A stretch of 38,466 bases of DNA from Macrostomum lignano (taxonomy: Eukaryota). This document shows positions 11,963 to 22,778 of the stretch, piece after piece; the first letter of the stretch is position 1, and every line of letters begins with the position of its first letter. The notes beneath the pieces are model-generated. The model saw only the letters and a list, made by a program, of their open reading frames with translations. It was not told the DNA's origin and made no database searches. The stretch lies in assembly GCA_002269645.1 (NCBI GenBank), contig NIVC01004672.1, positions 1 through 38,466 on the forward strand. Reading direction: 5' to 3'. Both the position numbers and the translations under genes were made by a program.

Positions 11963-14664
11963 CTAATAGTAGCCAGACGTGGGCGTGGTGCCGTACATGA
12001 TGGAGCGGCACTCGTCCTCGTGCTGACTGAGCGCGTGCCAGGGCACGGCGGAGTGGCAGTAGCGGCACTCCTTCACGTGCCGGTTCTTCTCCAGCCGCTT
12101 GAGCGGGTGGTTGCGGCTGTACCAGTTGCGGATGAGGTAGCCGGGCTCCGTGCCTCTGGCCGTGTCGTTCGTGGCCGCCTCCACCTGGAAGGCGTCAATC
12201 AATAACATAGCCTTTGTTCAGTATGCCAAGCCGTCCAGAAATTATTGACATAATGAGGCGGGTGGATAATGAGGTGGGTGGATAATGAGGTGGGTGGATA
12301 ATGAGGTGGGTGGATAATGAGGTGGGTGGATAATGAGGTGGGTGGATAATGAGGTGGGTGGATAATGAGGTGGGTGGATAATGAGGTGGGTGGATAATGA
12401 GGTGGGTGGATAATGAGGCGGGTGGATAATGAGGTGGGTGGATAGGCAATCTTTCGTTATAGAAGACCCAAAAATGCGTGACTTTCGTAATGGAAGACCC
12501 ATGGAAAAGGGGAAGAAATCAATCGAAAAACGAGCATTCACTAACAAAATGAAAGCGTAGCAAAAGTTAATTCCACACAAAGTTGTTATACTGTAATCGC
12601 AAGCGTTTATTCCACCAATCTCATACCCAGCCTGTCAAACTATAATACACTAGTGCCATGAGGTCACTGTGTATATACACTTTCGTTTTAGAAGACCGCA
12701 AAATAGGAATATTGCTTGTGGGTCTCGTGAAACGAAAGTAAGAAAGAAGCAGCGAGCTATCATACGCCAGTGTTACTCGAGAGACACGAGTACGAGTACG
12801 AAAGATTCAGAAACGCATGAAAGCAGCGTGCGCACGCACCCCCCCCTCACCTTCGAAAAAGAAGACCCAACTCATTTCACCTAAGTATTTACAACACGGA
12901 GGTCTTGCATTACGAAAGTAAGAGACCTTTATGTTAAACTTACTTCTGCGGAATTTCCAACAGGTAACCGACAATGAATATCGTGATCCCCTACTTTCGT
13001 TTCGGAAGACCTTTAATGGATGCTTAACATTGTCGGTCTTTTAAAACGAAACTGTATATATCAGACATTCATAGAAAATGTACCCAAGGCCGACACAGGA
13101 AAACAAATCATCTAAACCCTACGTTTCTGCAGCTTTTGTTGCTGCCACCCCTACTACCTTCGTTTTGGAAGACCTTCAATGAAATAGTAGCTTGACGGTC
13201 TTCTAAAACGAAACTGTAATATAAACTGTAATAAAGGACACACAAAGCCATTAAGAATAAACAAACAAAATAATAGACAACAATATGTGAGCAGCTTCCT
13301 ATGTTTTAGGCGGGTCTTCTTTTTCGAAACTGCCAGCTTCCTATTTGATACATAGAGGGTCTTCTAAAACGAAAGAATAATGAGGTGGGTGGATAATGAG
13401 GTGGGTGGATAATGAGGTGGGTGGATAATGAGGTGGGTGGATAATGAGGTGGGTGGATAATGAGGTGGGTGGATAATGAGGTGGGTGGATAATGAGGTGG
13501 GTGGATAATGAGGTGGGTGGATAATGAGGTAGGTAAAGCAGTGGAGGTATTTGAGCAAAGAGGCATATAGGGATGAGGCAGATGGTGATGAGGTAGATGC
13601 TGATGAGGTAGATGGTGATGAGGTAGATGGTGATGAGGCAAATAGTGATAAGGCAGATGATGATGAGGCAGATGTTAATGAGGCAGATGTTGATGAGGCA
13701 GATAAATATGAGGCAGATGATGATGAGGCAGATGTTGATGAGGCAGATGTTGATGAGGCAGATGGTGATGAGGCAGATGTTGATGAGGCAGATAGTGATG
13801 AGGTATATGGTGATGAGGCAGATGTTGATGAGGCAGATGGTGATGAAGCAGATGGTGATGACGCATATGGTGATGAGGCAGATAATGATGAGGCAAATGG
13901 TGATGAGGCAGATGGTGATGAGGCAGATAGTGATGAGGTATATGGTGATGAGGCAGATGTTGATGAGGCAGATGGTGATGAAGCAGATGGTGATGACGCA
14001 TATGGTGATGAGGCAGATAATGATGAGGCAAATGGTGATGAGGCAGATGGTGATGAGGCAGATGGTGATGAGGCAGATGGTGATGAGGCAGATGGTGATG
14101 ACGCATATGGTGATGAGGCAGATGATGATGAGGCAAATGGTGATGAGGCAGATGGTGATGAGGCAGATGGTGATGAGGCAGATGGTGATGAGGCGGATGA
14201 GTGACAACACCTGCGCCCGAGTGCAGACGCAGCGCATCGCTCACATCCTTCTTGCACTTGGCCTGGTGGGTGAGCAGCGAGGCGGAGCCGAACTCCACGC
14301 CGCAGTAGCGACACGGCGTGCCCTTGGACTGCGAGTCGGCGAAGTCGAACTCCAAGTTGCGCTTGAGAAACTCTGGGATCGTGGCGCCCATGTCGCGCAG
14401 GTATTTCTGCTCCCCGTCCTGCCCGGAGGACCAGCTGAGCGGCACCGGCATCATGATGGCCGGCTCCTCACCGAGGAAGTTTCGAACCCCGGACGGCAGC
14501 TCGCTGGTCAGCTGGAACTGGCCGACATTCGTCAGCTGCTCGGGGCCGAACGGGCTCGGGCGCGAGTAGGTCGACTGACGCGACGACGAGGCCTTCTCCG
14601 CTGAGCTGTCGAACTTCACCCGGCGGCTGCTGCCGGCGCTGTTGCGGCTGTTGCTGACCGACAT
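11963..14664 (-). CDS. Two-exon protein with two C-x2-C-x11-H-x3-C zinc fingers. Exons 14664-~14245 and 12184-11963.
   Basis: CRYCGVEFGSASLLTHQAKC and CRYCHSAVPWHALSQHEDEC have identical ligand spacing. Acceptor TTGACGCCTTCCAG|GTG at 12185. Phase-0 donor GAT|GTGAGC at 14244 (the alternative donor near 14210 is phase 1). Confidence 0.7.
12250..12444. repeat. 16-bp minisatellite (GTGGATAATGAGGTGG), left arm
   Basis: About 12 copies; same unit and orientation as 13376-13530. Confidence 0.95.
12451..13375. mobile_element. 925-bp non-coding element with terminal inverted 18-19 bp motifs and 12 motif copies in total, inside a 16-bp minisatellite. Putative non-autonomous DNA element; class unknown.
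   Basis: Left end CTTTCGTTATAGAAGACCC; right end GGGTCTTCTAAAACGAAAG (reverse complement CTTTCGTTTTAGAAGACCC). The same minisatellite continues on both sides. No clean TSD (AAT or ATA possible). Confidence 0.6.
13376..13530. repeat. 16-bp minisatellite (GTGGATAATGAGGTGG), right arm
   Basis: About 10 copies. Confidence 0.95.
13570..14197. repeat. Intronic 15-bp minisatellite (GATGAGGCAGATGGT variants)
   Basis: Four copies per 60-bp line; lies between the two zinc-finger exons. Confidence 0.93.
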
Positions 14665-14705
14665 CTCTTGAGTTCAGGGCGAATTTGCTTGGTGAGTTTT
14701 TTTAA

Positions 14706-14753
14706 CTGAAACTGCACCGCCACAACGCTTGGCACTCGAGTTGTACTTTTAAT
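14706..14753 (-). promoter_or_regulatory. Candidate poly(A) signal ATTAAA (14753-14748) followed by a TTTCAG acceptor (14707-14706) about 40 nt before the zinc-finger ATG
   Basis: Motifs seen in sequence; function inferred. Confidence 0.35.
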
Positions 14754-14949
14754 AGCCGGATTAGATATGAGTATCCCGGTCTCGGACATAGACTATAGAT
14801 GGGGCCTTTGGTGTGTCTGCCATTTTCAGGGCTCAGAGTAGAGAAGCGCAAAGTGTTCTACAAGCTCGAACTTTTGTTTGAAGTGTTGAACTCGTTAAGT
14901 GAAGAGTCTTCAAGGATGTGAAATTTTGAGCTTCCCAAAACGGTGTCCC

Positions 14950-16381
14950 AAGGAGGCGGGGGTCAGGAGGTGCATGAAGACTGTCAGGAGGCAGAGGTCA
15001 GGAGGTGCATGGAGAGTGTCAGGAGGCAGAGGTCAGAAGGTGCATGGAGACTGTCAGGAGGCAGAGGTCAGAAGGTGCATGGAGACTGTCGGGATGCGGG
15101 GGTCAGGAGGTGCATGGAGACTGTCAGGAGGCAGAGGTCAGGAGGTGCATGGAGAGTGTCAGGAGGCAGAGGTCAGAAGGTGCATGGAGACTGTCGGGAT
15201 GCGGGAGTCAGGAGGTGCATGGAGACTGTCGGGATGCGGGGGTCAGGAGGTGCATGGAGAGTGTCAGGAGTCAGGGGTCAGGATGCGGGGGTCAGGAGGT
15301 GCATGGAGACTGTCGGGATGCGGGGGTCAGGAGGTGCATGGAGAGTGTCGGGATGCGGGGGTCAGGAGGTGCATGGAGACTGTCGGGATGCGGGGGTCAG
15401 GAGGTGCATGGAGAGTGTCAGGAGTCAGGGGTCAGGATGCGGGGGTCAGGAGGTACATGGAGACTGTCAGGAGACAGGGGTCAGGAGGTACATGGAGACT
15501 GTCAGGAGACAGGGGTCAGGAGGTACATGGAGACTGTCAGGAGACAGGGGTCAGGAGGTACATGGAGACTGTCAGGAGACAGGGGTCAGGAGGTACATGG
15601 AGACTGTCAGGAGACAGGGGTCAGGAGGTACATGGAGACTGTCAGGAGTCAGGGGTCAGGATGCGGGGGTCAGGAGGTACATGGAGACTGTCAGGAGACA
15701 GGGGTCAGGAGGTACATGGAGACTGTCAGGAGTCAGGGGTCAGGATGCGGGGGTCAGGAGGTACATGGAGAGTGTCAGGAGTCAGGGGTCAGGATGCGGG
15801 GGTCAGGAGGTGCATGGAGAGTGTCAGGAGTCAGGGGTCAGGATGCGGGGGTCAGGATGCGGGGGTCAGGAGGTACATGGAGACTGTCAGGAGACAGGGG
15901 TCAGGAGGTACATGGAGACTGTCAGGAGTCAGGGGTCAGGATGCGGGGGTCAGGAGGTACATGGAGAGTGTCAGGAGTCAGGGGTCAGGATGCGGGGGTC
16001 AGGAGGTGCATGGAGAGTGTCAGGAGTCAGGGGTCAGGATGCGGGGTCAGGATGCGGGGGTCAGGAGGTACATGGAGACTGTCAGGAGACAGGGGTCAGG
16101 AGGTACATGGAGACTGTCAGGAGTCAGGGGTCAGGATGCGGGGGTCAGGAGGTACATGGAGAGTGTCAGGAGTCAGGGGTCAGGATGCGGGGGTCAGGAG
16201 GTGCATGGAGAGTGTCAGGAGTCAGGGGTCAGGATGCGGGGGTCAGGATGCGGGGGTCAGGAGGTACATGGAGACTGTCAGGAGACAGGGGTCAGGAGGT
16301 ACATGGAGACTGTCAGGAGTCAGGGGTCAGGATGCGGGGGTCAGGAGGTACATGGAGACTGTCAGGAGACAGGGGTCAGGA
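14950..16381. repeat. Composite minisatellite of 14/21/35-bp modules (GTCAGGAGGTACATGGAGACT + GTCAGGAGACAGGG)
   Basis: Directly visible; module composition changes along the array. Confidence 0.95.
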
Positions 16382-16643
16382 GTTACTTGATCAACGGCAT
16401 CTCTTGAACCCGGCTGTGAGAACAGACAACTTTCTTTTTGATTTTGGTAGTTCACAGCTGAACTTCAAAACGAATTTGGTCACCATGCTGCAGCAGTTAT
16501 ATTTAGAATCGATTTTTTCTGGCAGTTGATGACTAAAAAATAAAGAATAGAAAAACAGTGCCAAGAAAATGATCAACTGAGCCCTTCTTTGCTTTCAGCG
16601 ATTGTTGGCCAGTCAAAGTCAAAGAAAAAATGACGACAACAGC

Positions 16644-17878
16644 TCAAGCATCGGACTCGGTCACCATGGACTTCCTGACGGGAGGGGGCCGGCAGCTGTA
16701 CACCGCGGACACCAGGCCGATGAAGGCCAGCAGGATGAGGCAGAGGCTGCCGGTGGAAATGCCGGCGTGCACGTACGGGCTTCTGGTGATCTGAGGCGAT
16801 GTTGAGTGAGGCGTCAAGGTGCGTCAGGGGACAGTGGGTGTGTCAGGGAGACAGTGGGTGTGTCAGACAGGGAGACAGTGGGTGCGTCAGGGGACAGTGG
16901 GTGTGTCAGGGGGGCAGTGGGTGTGTCAGGTGGACAGTGGGTGTCATAGAAGGCATAATAAGTGTATCAGGGGGACAGTGGGTGTCATAGAAGGCATAAT
17001 AAGGGTGTCAGGGTGTCAGGGGGACAGTGGGTGTGTCATATGGACAGTGGATGTGTCAGGGAGACAGTGGGTGTGTCAGGGGGACAGTGGGTGTGTCAGG
17101 TGGACAGTGGGTGTGTCAGGTGGACAGTGGGTGTGTCAGGGGGTCAGTGGGTGTGTCAGGTGGACAGTGGGTGTGTCAGGGGGACAGTGGGTGTGTCAGG
17201 GGGACAGTGGGTGTGTCAGGGGGACAGTGGATGTGTCAGGGGGACAGTGGGTGTCATAGAAGGCATAATAAGTGTGTCAGGGGGACAGTGGGTGTCATAG
17301 AAGGCATAATAAGGGTGTCAGGGTGTCAGGGGGACAGTGGGTGTGTCATATGGACAGTGGATGTGTCAGGGAGACAGTGGGTGTGTCAGGGGGACAGTGG
17401 GTGTGTCAGGTGGACAGTGGGTGTGTCAGGTGGACAGTGGGTGTGTCAGGGGGTCAGTGGGTGTTTCAGGTGGACAGTGGGTGTGTCAGGGGGACAGTGG
17501 GTGTGTCAGGGGGACAGTGGGTGTCTCAGGGGGACAGTGGGTGTCATAGAAGGCATAATAAGTGTGTCAGGGGGACAGTGGGTGTGTCAGGGGGACAGTG
17601 GGTGTGTCAGGGGGACAGTGGGTGTGTCAGGGGGACAGTGGGTGTCATAGAAGGCATAATAAGTGTGTCAGGGGGACAGTGGGTGTCATAGAAGGCATAA
17701 TAAGTGTGTCAGTGGACGCCATTGTGATTCTCAGGCCTCTTTGTGTCCAGATAAAAAACTCACTCACTTTAGACCCGTACGCCGTATTGTACCAGTCGCC
17801 TTTGAGTCCGGGACTGTCTTGAGTCAGCGCCTGTGCGGTTGTCATGACAACAGGCAGCAGTGACAAATGTCGCCACAT
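16644..17878 (-). CDS. Small (85 aa) putative single-pass membrane protein. Exons 17878-17768 and 16790-16644.
   Basis: Donor AAA|GTGAGT (17767) and acceptor CCTCAG|ATC (16791) join in phase 0: MWRHLSLLPVVMTTAQALTQDSPGLKGDWYNTAYGSK|ITRSPYVHAGISTGSLCLILLAFIGLVSAVYSCRPPPVRKSMVTESDA*. It has a signal-like N-terminus and one hydrophobic helix followed by basic residues. Confidence 0.7.
16820..17712. repeat. Intronic 20-bp minisatellite (GTGTCAGGGGGACAGTGGGT) with interspersed GTCATAGAAGGCATAATAAG modules
   Basis: Directly visible. A 310-bp higher-order offset shows in duplicated ORFs at 16962/17272 and 17027/17337. Confidence 0.95.
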
Positions 17879-18279
17879 CTCACCGTAGTTCTCACAACAA
17901 TCTTAAGCTAGTTGCTACGTGTTTAGTGAGCTCGTAGGCAACGAGAGAAATCTGCTTTATAGTCATATTTATCAGCTTAGCTTTAGTGACGGATTGTCTA
18001 TGGCAATTCTTGATTGGACTACTTGAACTTTGAAATTAAATTGTGGCGTGGCTGTTACAAAAATTTTCATTTGTCATTGATTTTTTGAACGAGAAATATT
18101 TTAGTCGAGCAAAAATCAATAAGAAAAACGACAACTTTTTCCCAGTGTCAGGTGTACTGTAGATAAAAGTTTTAAAATCAACAAGCTCACATGCTAGCTT
18201 TAGAAGATCTCCAAAATAAAAACCTGAAAAAATCAATCATTGCAGTGTTTTGAAATTCGAATTTCATAATTAATTTATC

Positions 18280-19206
18280 TATGGTCAAAGCTATGGTCTA
18301 TGGCCAGTTGACCATTAGTCTATGGTCAAAGCTATGGTCTACTGTATGGCCAGTTGATCATTAGTCTATGGTCAAAGCTATGGTCTATGGCCAGTTGACC
18401 ATTAGTCTATGGTCAAAGCTATGGTCTATGGCCAGTTGATAATTTATCTATAGTCAAAGCTATGGTCTATGGCCAGTTGACCATTAGTCTATGGTCAAAG
18501 CTATGGTCTATGGCCAGTTGATCATTAGTGTATGGTCAAAGCTATGGTCTATGGCCAGTTGACCATTAGTCTATGGTCAAAGCTATGGTCTATGGCCAGT
18601 TGATCATTAGTCTATGGTCAAAGCTATGGTCTATGGCCAGTTGATCATTAGTCTATGGTCAAAGCTATGGTCTATGGCCAGTTGACCATTAGTCTATGGT
18701 CAAAGCTATGGTCTATGGCCAGTTGACCATTAGTCTATGGTCAAAGCTATGGTCTATGGCCAGTTGACCATTAGTCTATGGTCAAAGCTATGGTCTATGG
18801 CCAGTTGATCATTAGTCTATGGTCAAAGCTATGGTCTATGGCCAGTTGACCATTAGTCTATGGTCAAAGCTATGGTCTATGGCCAGTTGATCATTAGTCT
18901 ATGGTCAAAGCTATGGTCTATGGCCAGTTGATCATTAGTCTATGGTCAAAGCTATGGTCTATGGCCAGTTGACCATTAGTCTATGGTCAAAGCTATGATC
19001 TATGGCCAGTTGACCATTAGTCTATGGTCAAAGCTATGGTCTATGGCCAGTTGACCATTAGTCTATGGTCAAAGCTATGATCTATGGCCAGTTGACCATT
19101 AGTCTATGGTCAAAGCTATGGTCTATGGCCAGTTGACCATTAGTCTATGGTCAAAGCTATGATCTATGGCCAGTTGACCTTAGTGTATGGTCAAAGCTAT
19201 GGTCTA
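18280..19206. repeat. Highly homogeneous 41-bp minisatellite (ATGGTCAAAGCTATGGTCTATGGCCAGTTGACCATTAGTCT), about 22 copies
   Basis: TTAGTCTATGG recurs at 18361 and 18402. Confidence 0.97.
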
Positions 19207-19339
19207 TAAATAGCCCCAAGTACAGCATTTATAAACCAGCCAATATAATTCGGTTGGGTGTAAATCGCTGAAAGAGCCGTCGAGCATTGATCATGATCGG
19301 CCCTCTCCGCAGACTCGTCTGATACTTTCGTAAACTCAT

Positions 19340-21321
19340 TTTTAATTATTTTAGTCTGAAATCCATGTGCTGAATCTGCAGAGCCATGCGCTCCACTCTC
19401 GCAGTTGGTCTCGATCCTGGCGCCAGCATGTTGACGAGCGGTCTGTGATCCGAAATTTGGCGCACCGTGCAGGTAAGTATTGGAAACGCAGACACCCGAA
19501 TTTCACTGCTAGTGCTTCCTTCTCCGTCTGGGAATACCTTCACTCGACGTCCGAGAGTGTCCGGCTGGCATAGGCCACCGGCCTTGATGTACCTCGGAGT
19601 GTCGCTGGGCCAAAATCGCTCCGAGACCTCTGGGTCCTGCGTTGACAATGAGCTCAGTCTGCAGTCTTTAACTGAAAAAGCTCAGGGCCTCTGCATCCGT
19701 GATTCGGAGTCAGAGTTTCTGAAATGCGGTTTCCTCGACGTCACCCCGCCTTCGGCACTACGACCATTCTGGCCACCCATGGGGCCGCCCCGCTCGACGG
19801 CTTAATGATGTCTAGGTCCTCCAATAGCTGAAGTTCTTTGTCGACGGCTGCAGCCAGGTGTATCGGAACCCTTGATGGCGCGTGGCAGACAGGCCTTGCA
19901 TCGTGTCGGTAGAGCGGCCTTCTTTGGAAAGTAGATCGATTGGATTTTTCGACCCACCTAGGGTGGAGCACTTGAGCTGCCAGACTGTTGCTGGGTGAAC
20001 CGATGCGAAGGATCTGCATTTCGCCGGCTGTTTTCCTTCCTAAGACAGTTGCTCCGTTGCCATTGAAGACGAAGGGAGCGTCCGAAGTTACTTCAAAGAC
20101 ATTGACCGGCAGTGTCACCTTGCCGAGTAGCTGAAGCCGACAGTCGCTGCCGTAGGCGAAACGTCTGTTGCTTGCAGGTTGCAGTTTTGGTTTTCAAGAG
20201 TTGTAGCTTTTGACGCCCATGATGTTGCATCCAGCTCCGCTGTCGATGAGAATTTGCATGGAAGTTCCTCCAATCTCGATGGCTACTCTTGCAGCCGCTG
20301 GGTCGCTCGCAATTTAAAAGACGGCCTCTCGGTCGGTATTGGTCTCCTCCGTTGGGATGGCGTTGAGCTGACCTGCCTTGCCGGTTCTGCGTGCGCGAGC
20401 GAAGTGCCCGATCTTGCCGCACTTTCTGCTAGACTTCCCCTGGCGACATCGCATTCAGCATGGCCGGTCCTGCCGCATCTCTAGCATGTTGTGAGCTGGG
20501 CCCTGTGTGCTGTCCTCTGCGCTCCACCGATCGCTGCGACACTGTCTGCCGTTGGTCGGCTGGCGGTCCCCATTGCCTGCGCCTGCTGCTCCGCCGCCTC
20601 CCTGGCCCGGATCTTGAGCAATGTGTCTGCCAGGCTGATGTCGCCCGACTGCAGCAAGTCGCGCCTCGTCTTCTCCGACCGGCAGTACGCCACGATCTTG
20701 TCCCTTATCAGGGAGCTGGTCAGATTCCCGAACTGGCAGGGCTTTTCTGGCAGTTTCTTCAGGCGTGAGTACCATGCGTCGATGCCTTCACCCTCGAGCT
20801 GACGACAGGCTTCGAACATATATCGCAGGAAGACAATGTTTTTCTTCTTGTCTAAGTGTTCCTGAATGTTCTTTGCCAGATCCTTGGCCGTGTCTCCCCG
20901 CGCAATTTTGTTGTCCTTAACTGATGTGTGGATGTAGAGTAGGATCTCCTGGGCCTGGCTCTCGTTCTTGATTCCGGCTGCTACAACGTAGCTCTCGAAC
21001 CGCCGGGTCCAGGCCTTCTACCGTTGGGCTACTGCATGAGGCTCGCCTTCTGCCTTGAACACACTGGGAGTTTTAAAGTAATTAAAAGTCCATTTGAGCA
21101 GGAAGTGTTCTCAAGCACAACGTACTTCTTCTTTAGCCCTCGTGACTCAAATAACGCAATAAGCGGGCCGGTACGTATTTATTAAAGTACAAAATAAAGT
21201 GTACACTAATATAATAAAAATATTACTAAAACTAAAATGTACTCGTAGGACTTAAAATGTGCTATTAAAAGTTACTTATGCTTGTACAGGTGCATGCGTT
21301 CGTCCTTACTATTAAACTACA
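19340..21321 (-). mobile_element. Degenerate Ty3/Gypsy LTR retrotransposon (Mag-like): gag, protease, RT N-terminus, RNase H. RT core, integrase and 3' LTR are missing.
   Basis: Gag AQR*KAWTRRFESYVVAAG...YMFEACRQLEGEGIDAWYSRLKKL...LIRDKIV; paired knuckles C*RCGRTGHAEC...KCGKIGHFARA; protease ILIDSGAGCNIMG (~20225-20255); RT start RVPIHLAAAVDKELQLLEDLDII...WVARMVVVPK; RNase H GLGAILAQ...VAYASRTLSDVE*RYSQTEKEALAV...DHRPL...RVERMALQIQ. Several stops and frameshifts. The 5' LTR boundary (~21321) is tentative. Confidence 0.9.
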
Positions 21322-21413
21322 CTTCTGCTTGGATGACTAGCGAATCCTAGCAATAGGCCGGGGCAACCCGGCAACAGGCTGCAAAGCGAGCGGAAGAACC
21401 TCGTCTAACTATC

Positions 21414-22778
21414 CTACTCGTCCTTGTCTTTGCCGAACTCCTCGACCTCTTCCTCCTCGCCCTCCACGCTGTCGACGCCGACTTCTTCGTAGTCCTTCTG
21501 CATGGAGCCGAGTTCCTCGCGGGACTCGGCGAACTCGCCCTCTTCCATGCCTTCGCCGACATACCAGTGCACGAAGGCGCGCTTCGAGTACATGAGGTCG
21601 AACTTGTAGGCCAGCCGGTCCCAGGCCTCAGCGATGGCGGTGGTGTTGCTCAGCATGCAGACCGCTCGAGGCACCTTCGCGAGGTCGCCTCCGGGCACCG
21701 CGACGGGCGGCTGGTAGTTAAGGCCGACCTTGAAGCCGGTCGGGCACCAGTCCACGAACTGGATCTCGCGCTTGTTCTTGATCTTCTGGATCGAGTCGTT
21801 GACCTCCTTGGAGGAGACGTCGCCCCGGTAGAGCAGGCAGCAGGCCATGTACTTGCCGTGCCGGGGGTCGCACTTCACCATCTGGTTGCCAGGCTCAAAG
21901 CACGCGTTCGTGATGTCCCTGACCTTCAGCTGCTCGTGGTTGGCCTTCTCTATCGAGACGATGGGAGCGTAGGTTGCCAGGGGGAAGTGGATCTTGGGGT
22001 AGGGCACGAGGTTGGTCTGGAACTCGGTGATGTCCACGTTGAGCGAGCCATCGAACCGCAGGGACACCGTGATGGAGGACACGATCTGCGCGATCAGGCG
22101 GTTCAGGTTGGTGTAGGTGGGTCTATCGAGTTCCAGGTTTCTCCTGCAGACATCGTAGATGGCCTCATTGTCCACCATGAAGGCGCAGTCGGTGTGCGGC
22201 AGGGTGCCGTGGGTGCACAGGATGGCGTTGAATGGCTCCACCACGGCCGTGGACATCTGCGGCGCCGGGTAGACGGCGAACTGCAGCTTCGCCCGCTTGC
22301 CGTACTCGGACGACAGCCGGTCGCACAGCAGCGAGGTGAAGCCGGAGCCCGTGCCGCCGCCGAAGGAGTGAAATATCAGGAAGCCCTGCAGGCCTGAGCA
22401 GTTCTCAGCCAGCCGGTTGACAATCTCGCGCACGGTGCCAATCAGCTCCTTGCCGACTGTGTAGTGGCCTCTGGCGTAGTTGTTGGCGGCATCCTCTTTG
22501 CCGGAGATCAGCTGCTCCGGGTGGAACAGCTGGCGGTAGGTGCCGCAGCGAACCTCGTCGACCACGGTGGGCTCCAGGTCCACGAAGATGGTGCGCGGCA
22601 CGTAGTGACCGCCGGGGGTCTCGGAGAAGAACGGCTCCTGCGAGTCGTCGCATTTCTCCCTGCCGGCCATCATGAGTCCGTCGGGCTGGATGCCGTGCTC
22701 CAGGCAGTAGAGCTCCCAGCAGGCGTTGCCAATCTGGATGCCGGCCTGGCCGACGTGGATGGAGATGCACTCGCGCAT
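21414..22778 (-). CDS. TUBA: Alpha-tubulin, divergent isotype, intronless CDS (454 aa)
   Basis: [14 protein letters not shown]-terminus, GGGTGSG signature, [36 protein letters not shown], acidic tail. The symbol is family-level only. Confidence 0.98.
   Translation of the reverse strand: MRECISIHVGQAGIQIGNACWELYCLEHGIQPDGLMMAGREKCDDSQEPFFSETPGGHYVPRTIFVDLEPTVVDEVRCGTYRQLFHPEQLISGKEDAANNYARGHYTVGKELIGTVREIVNRLAENCSGLQGFLIFHSFGGGTGSGFTSLLCDRLSSEYGKRAKLQFAVYPAPQMSTAVVEPFNAILCTHGTLPHTDCAFMVDNEAIYDVCRRNLELDRPTYTNLNRLIAQIVSSITVSLRFDGSLNVDITEFQTNLVPYPKIHFPLATYAPIVSIEKANHEQLKVRDITNACFEPGNQMVKCDPRHGKYMACCLLYRGDVSSKEVNDSIQKIKNKREIQFVDWCPTGFKVGLNYQPPVAVPGGDLAKVPRAVCMLSNTTAIAEAWDRLAYKFDLMYSKRAFVHWYVGEGMEEGEFAESREELGSMQKDYEEVGVDSVEGEEEEVEEFGKDKDE

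Noticed and set aside
12451-13375. CRISPR array or RAG recombination signal (CACTGTG at 12665, 23-nt loops)
   Set aside because: Repeats alternate in orientation, there are no cas genes and the context is a eukaryotic intron. No ACAAAAACC nonamer is correctly spaced from the heptamer.
13551-14204. DEADG-repeat acidic protein (and MRQ/HHL/ITICL frames)
   Set aside because: 15-bp minisatellite open in most frames, no ATG start, antisense within an intron, and unit variation is not biased to synonymous sites. Not a DEAD-box helicase.
14899-16529. Three ~500-aa Gly/Arg-rich ORFs
   Set aside because: All three frames give permutations of the same repeat.
16799-17863. Cys/Gly/Val-rich plus-strand ORFs
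   Set aside because: Translations of the 20-bp intronic array.
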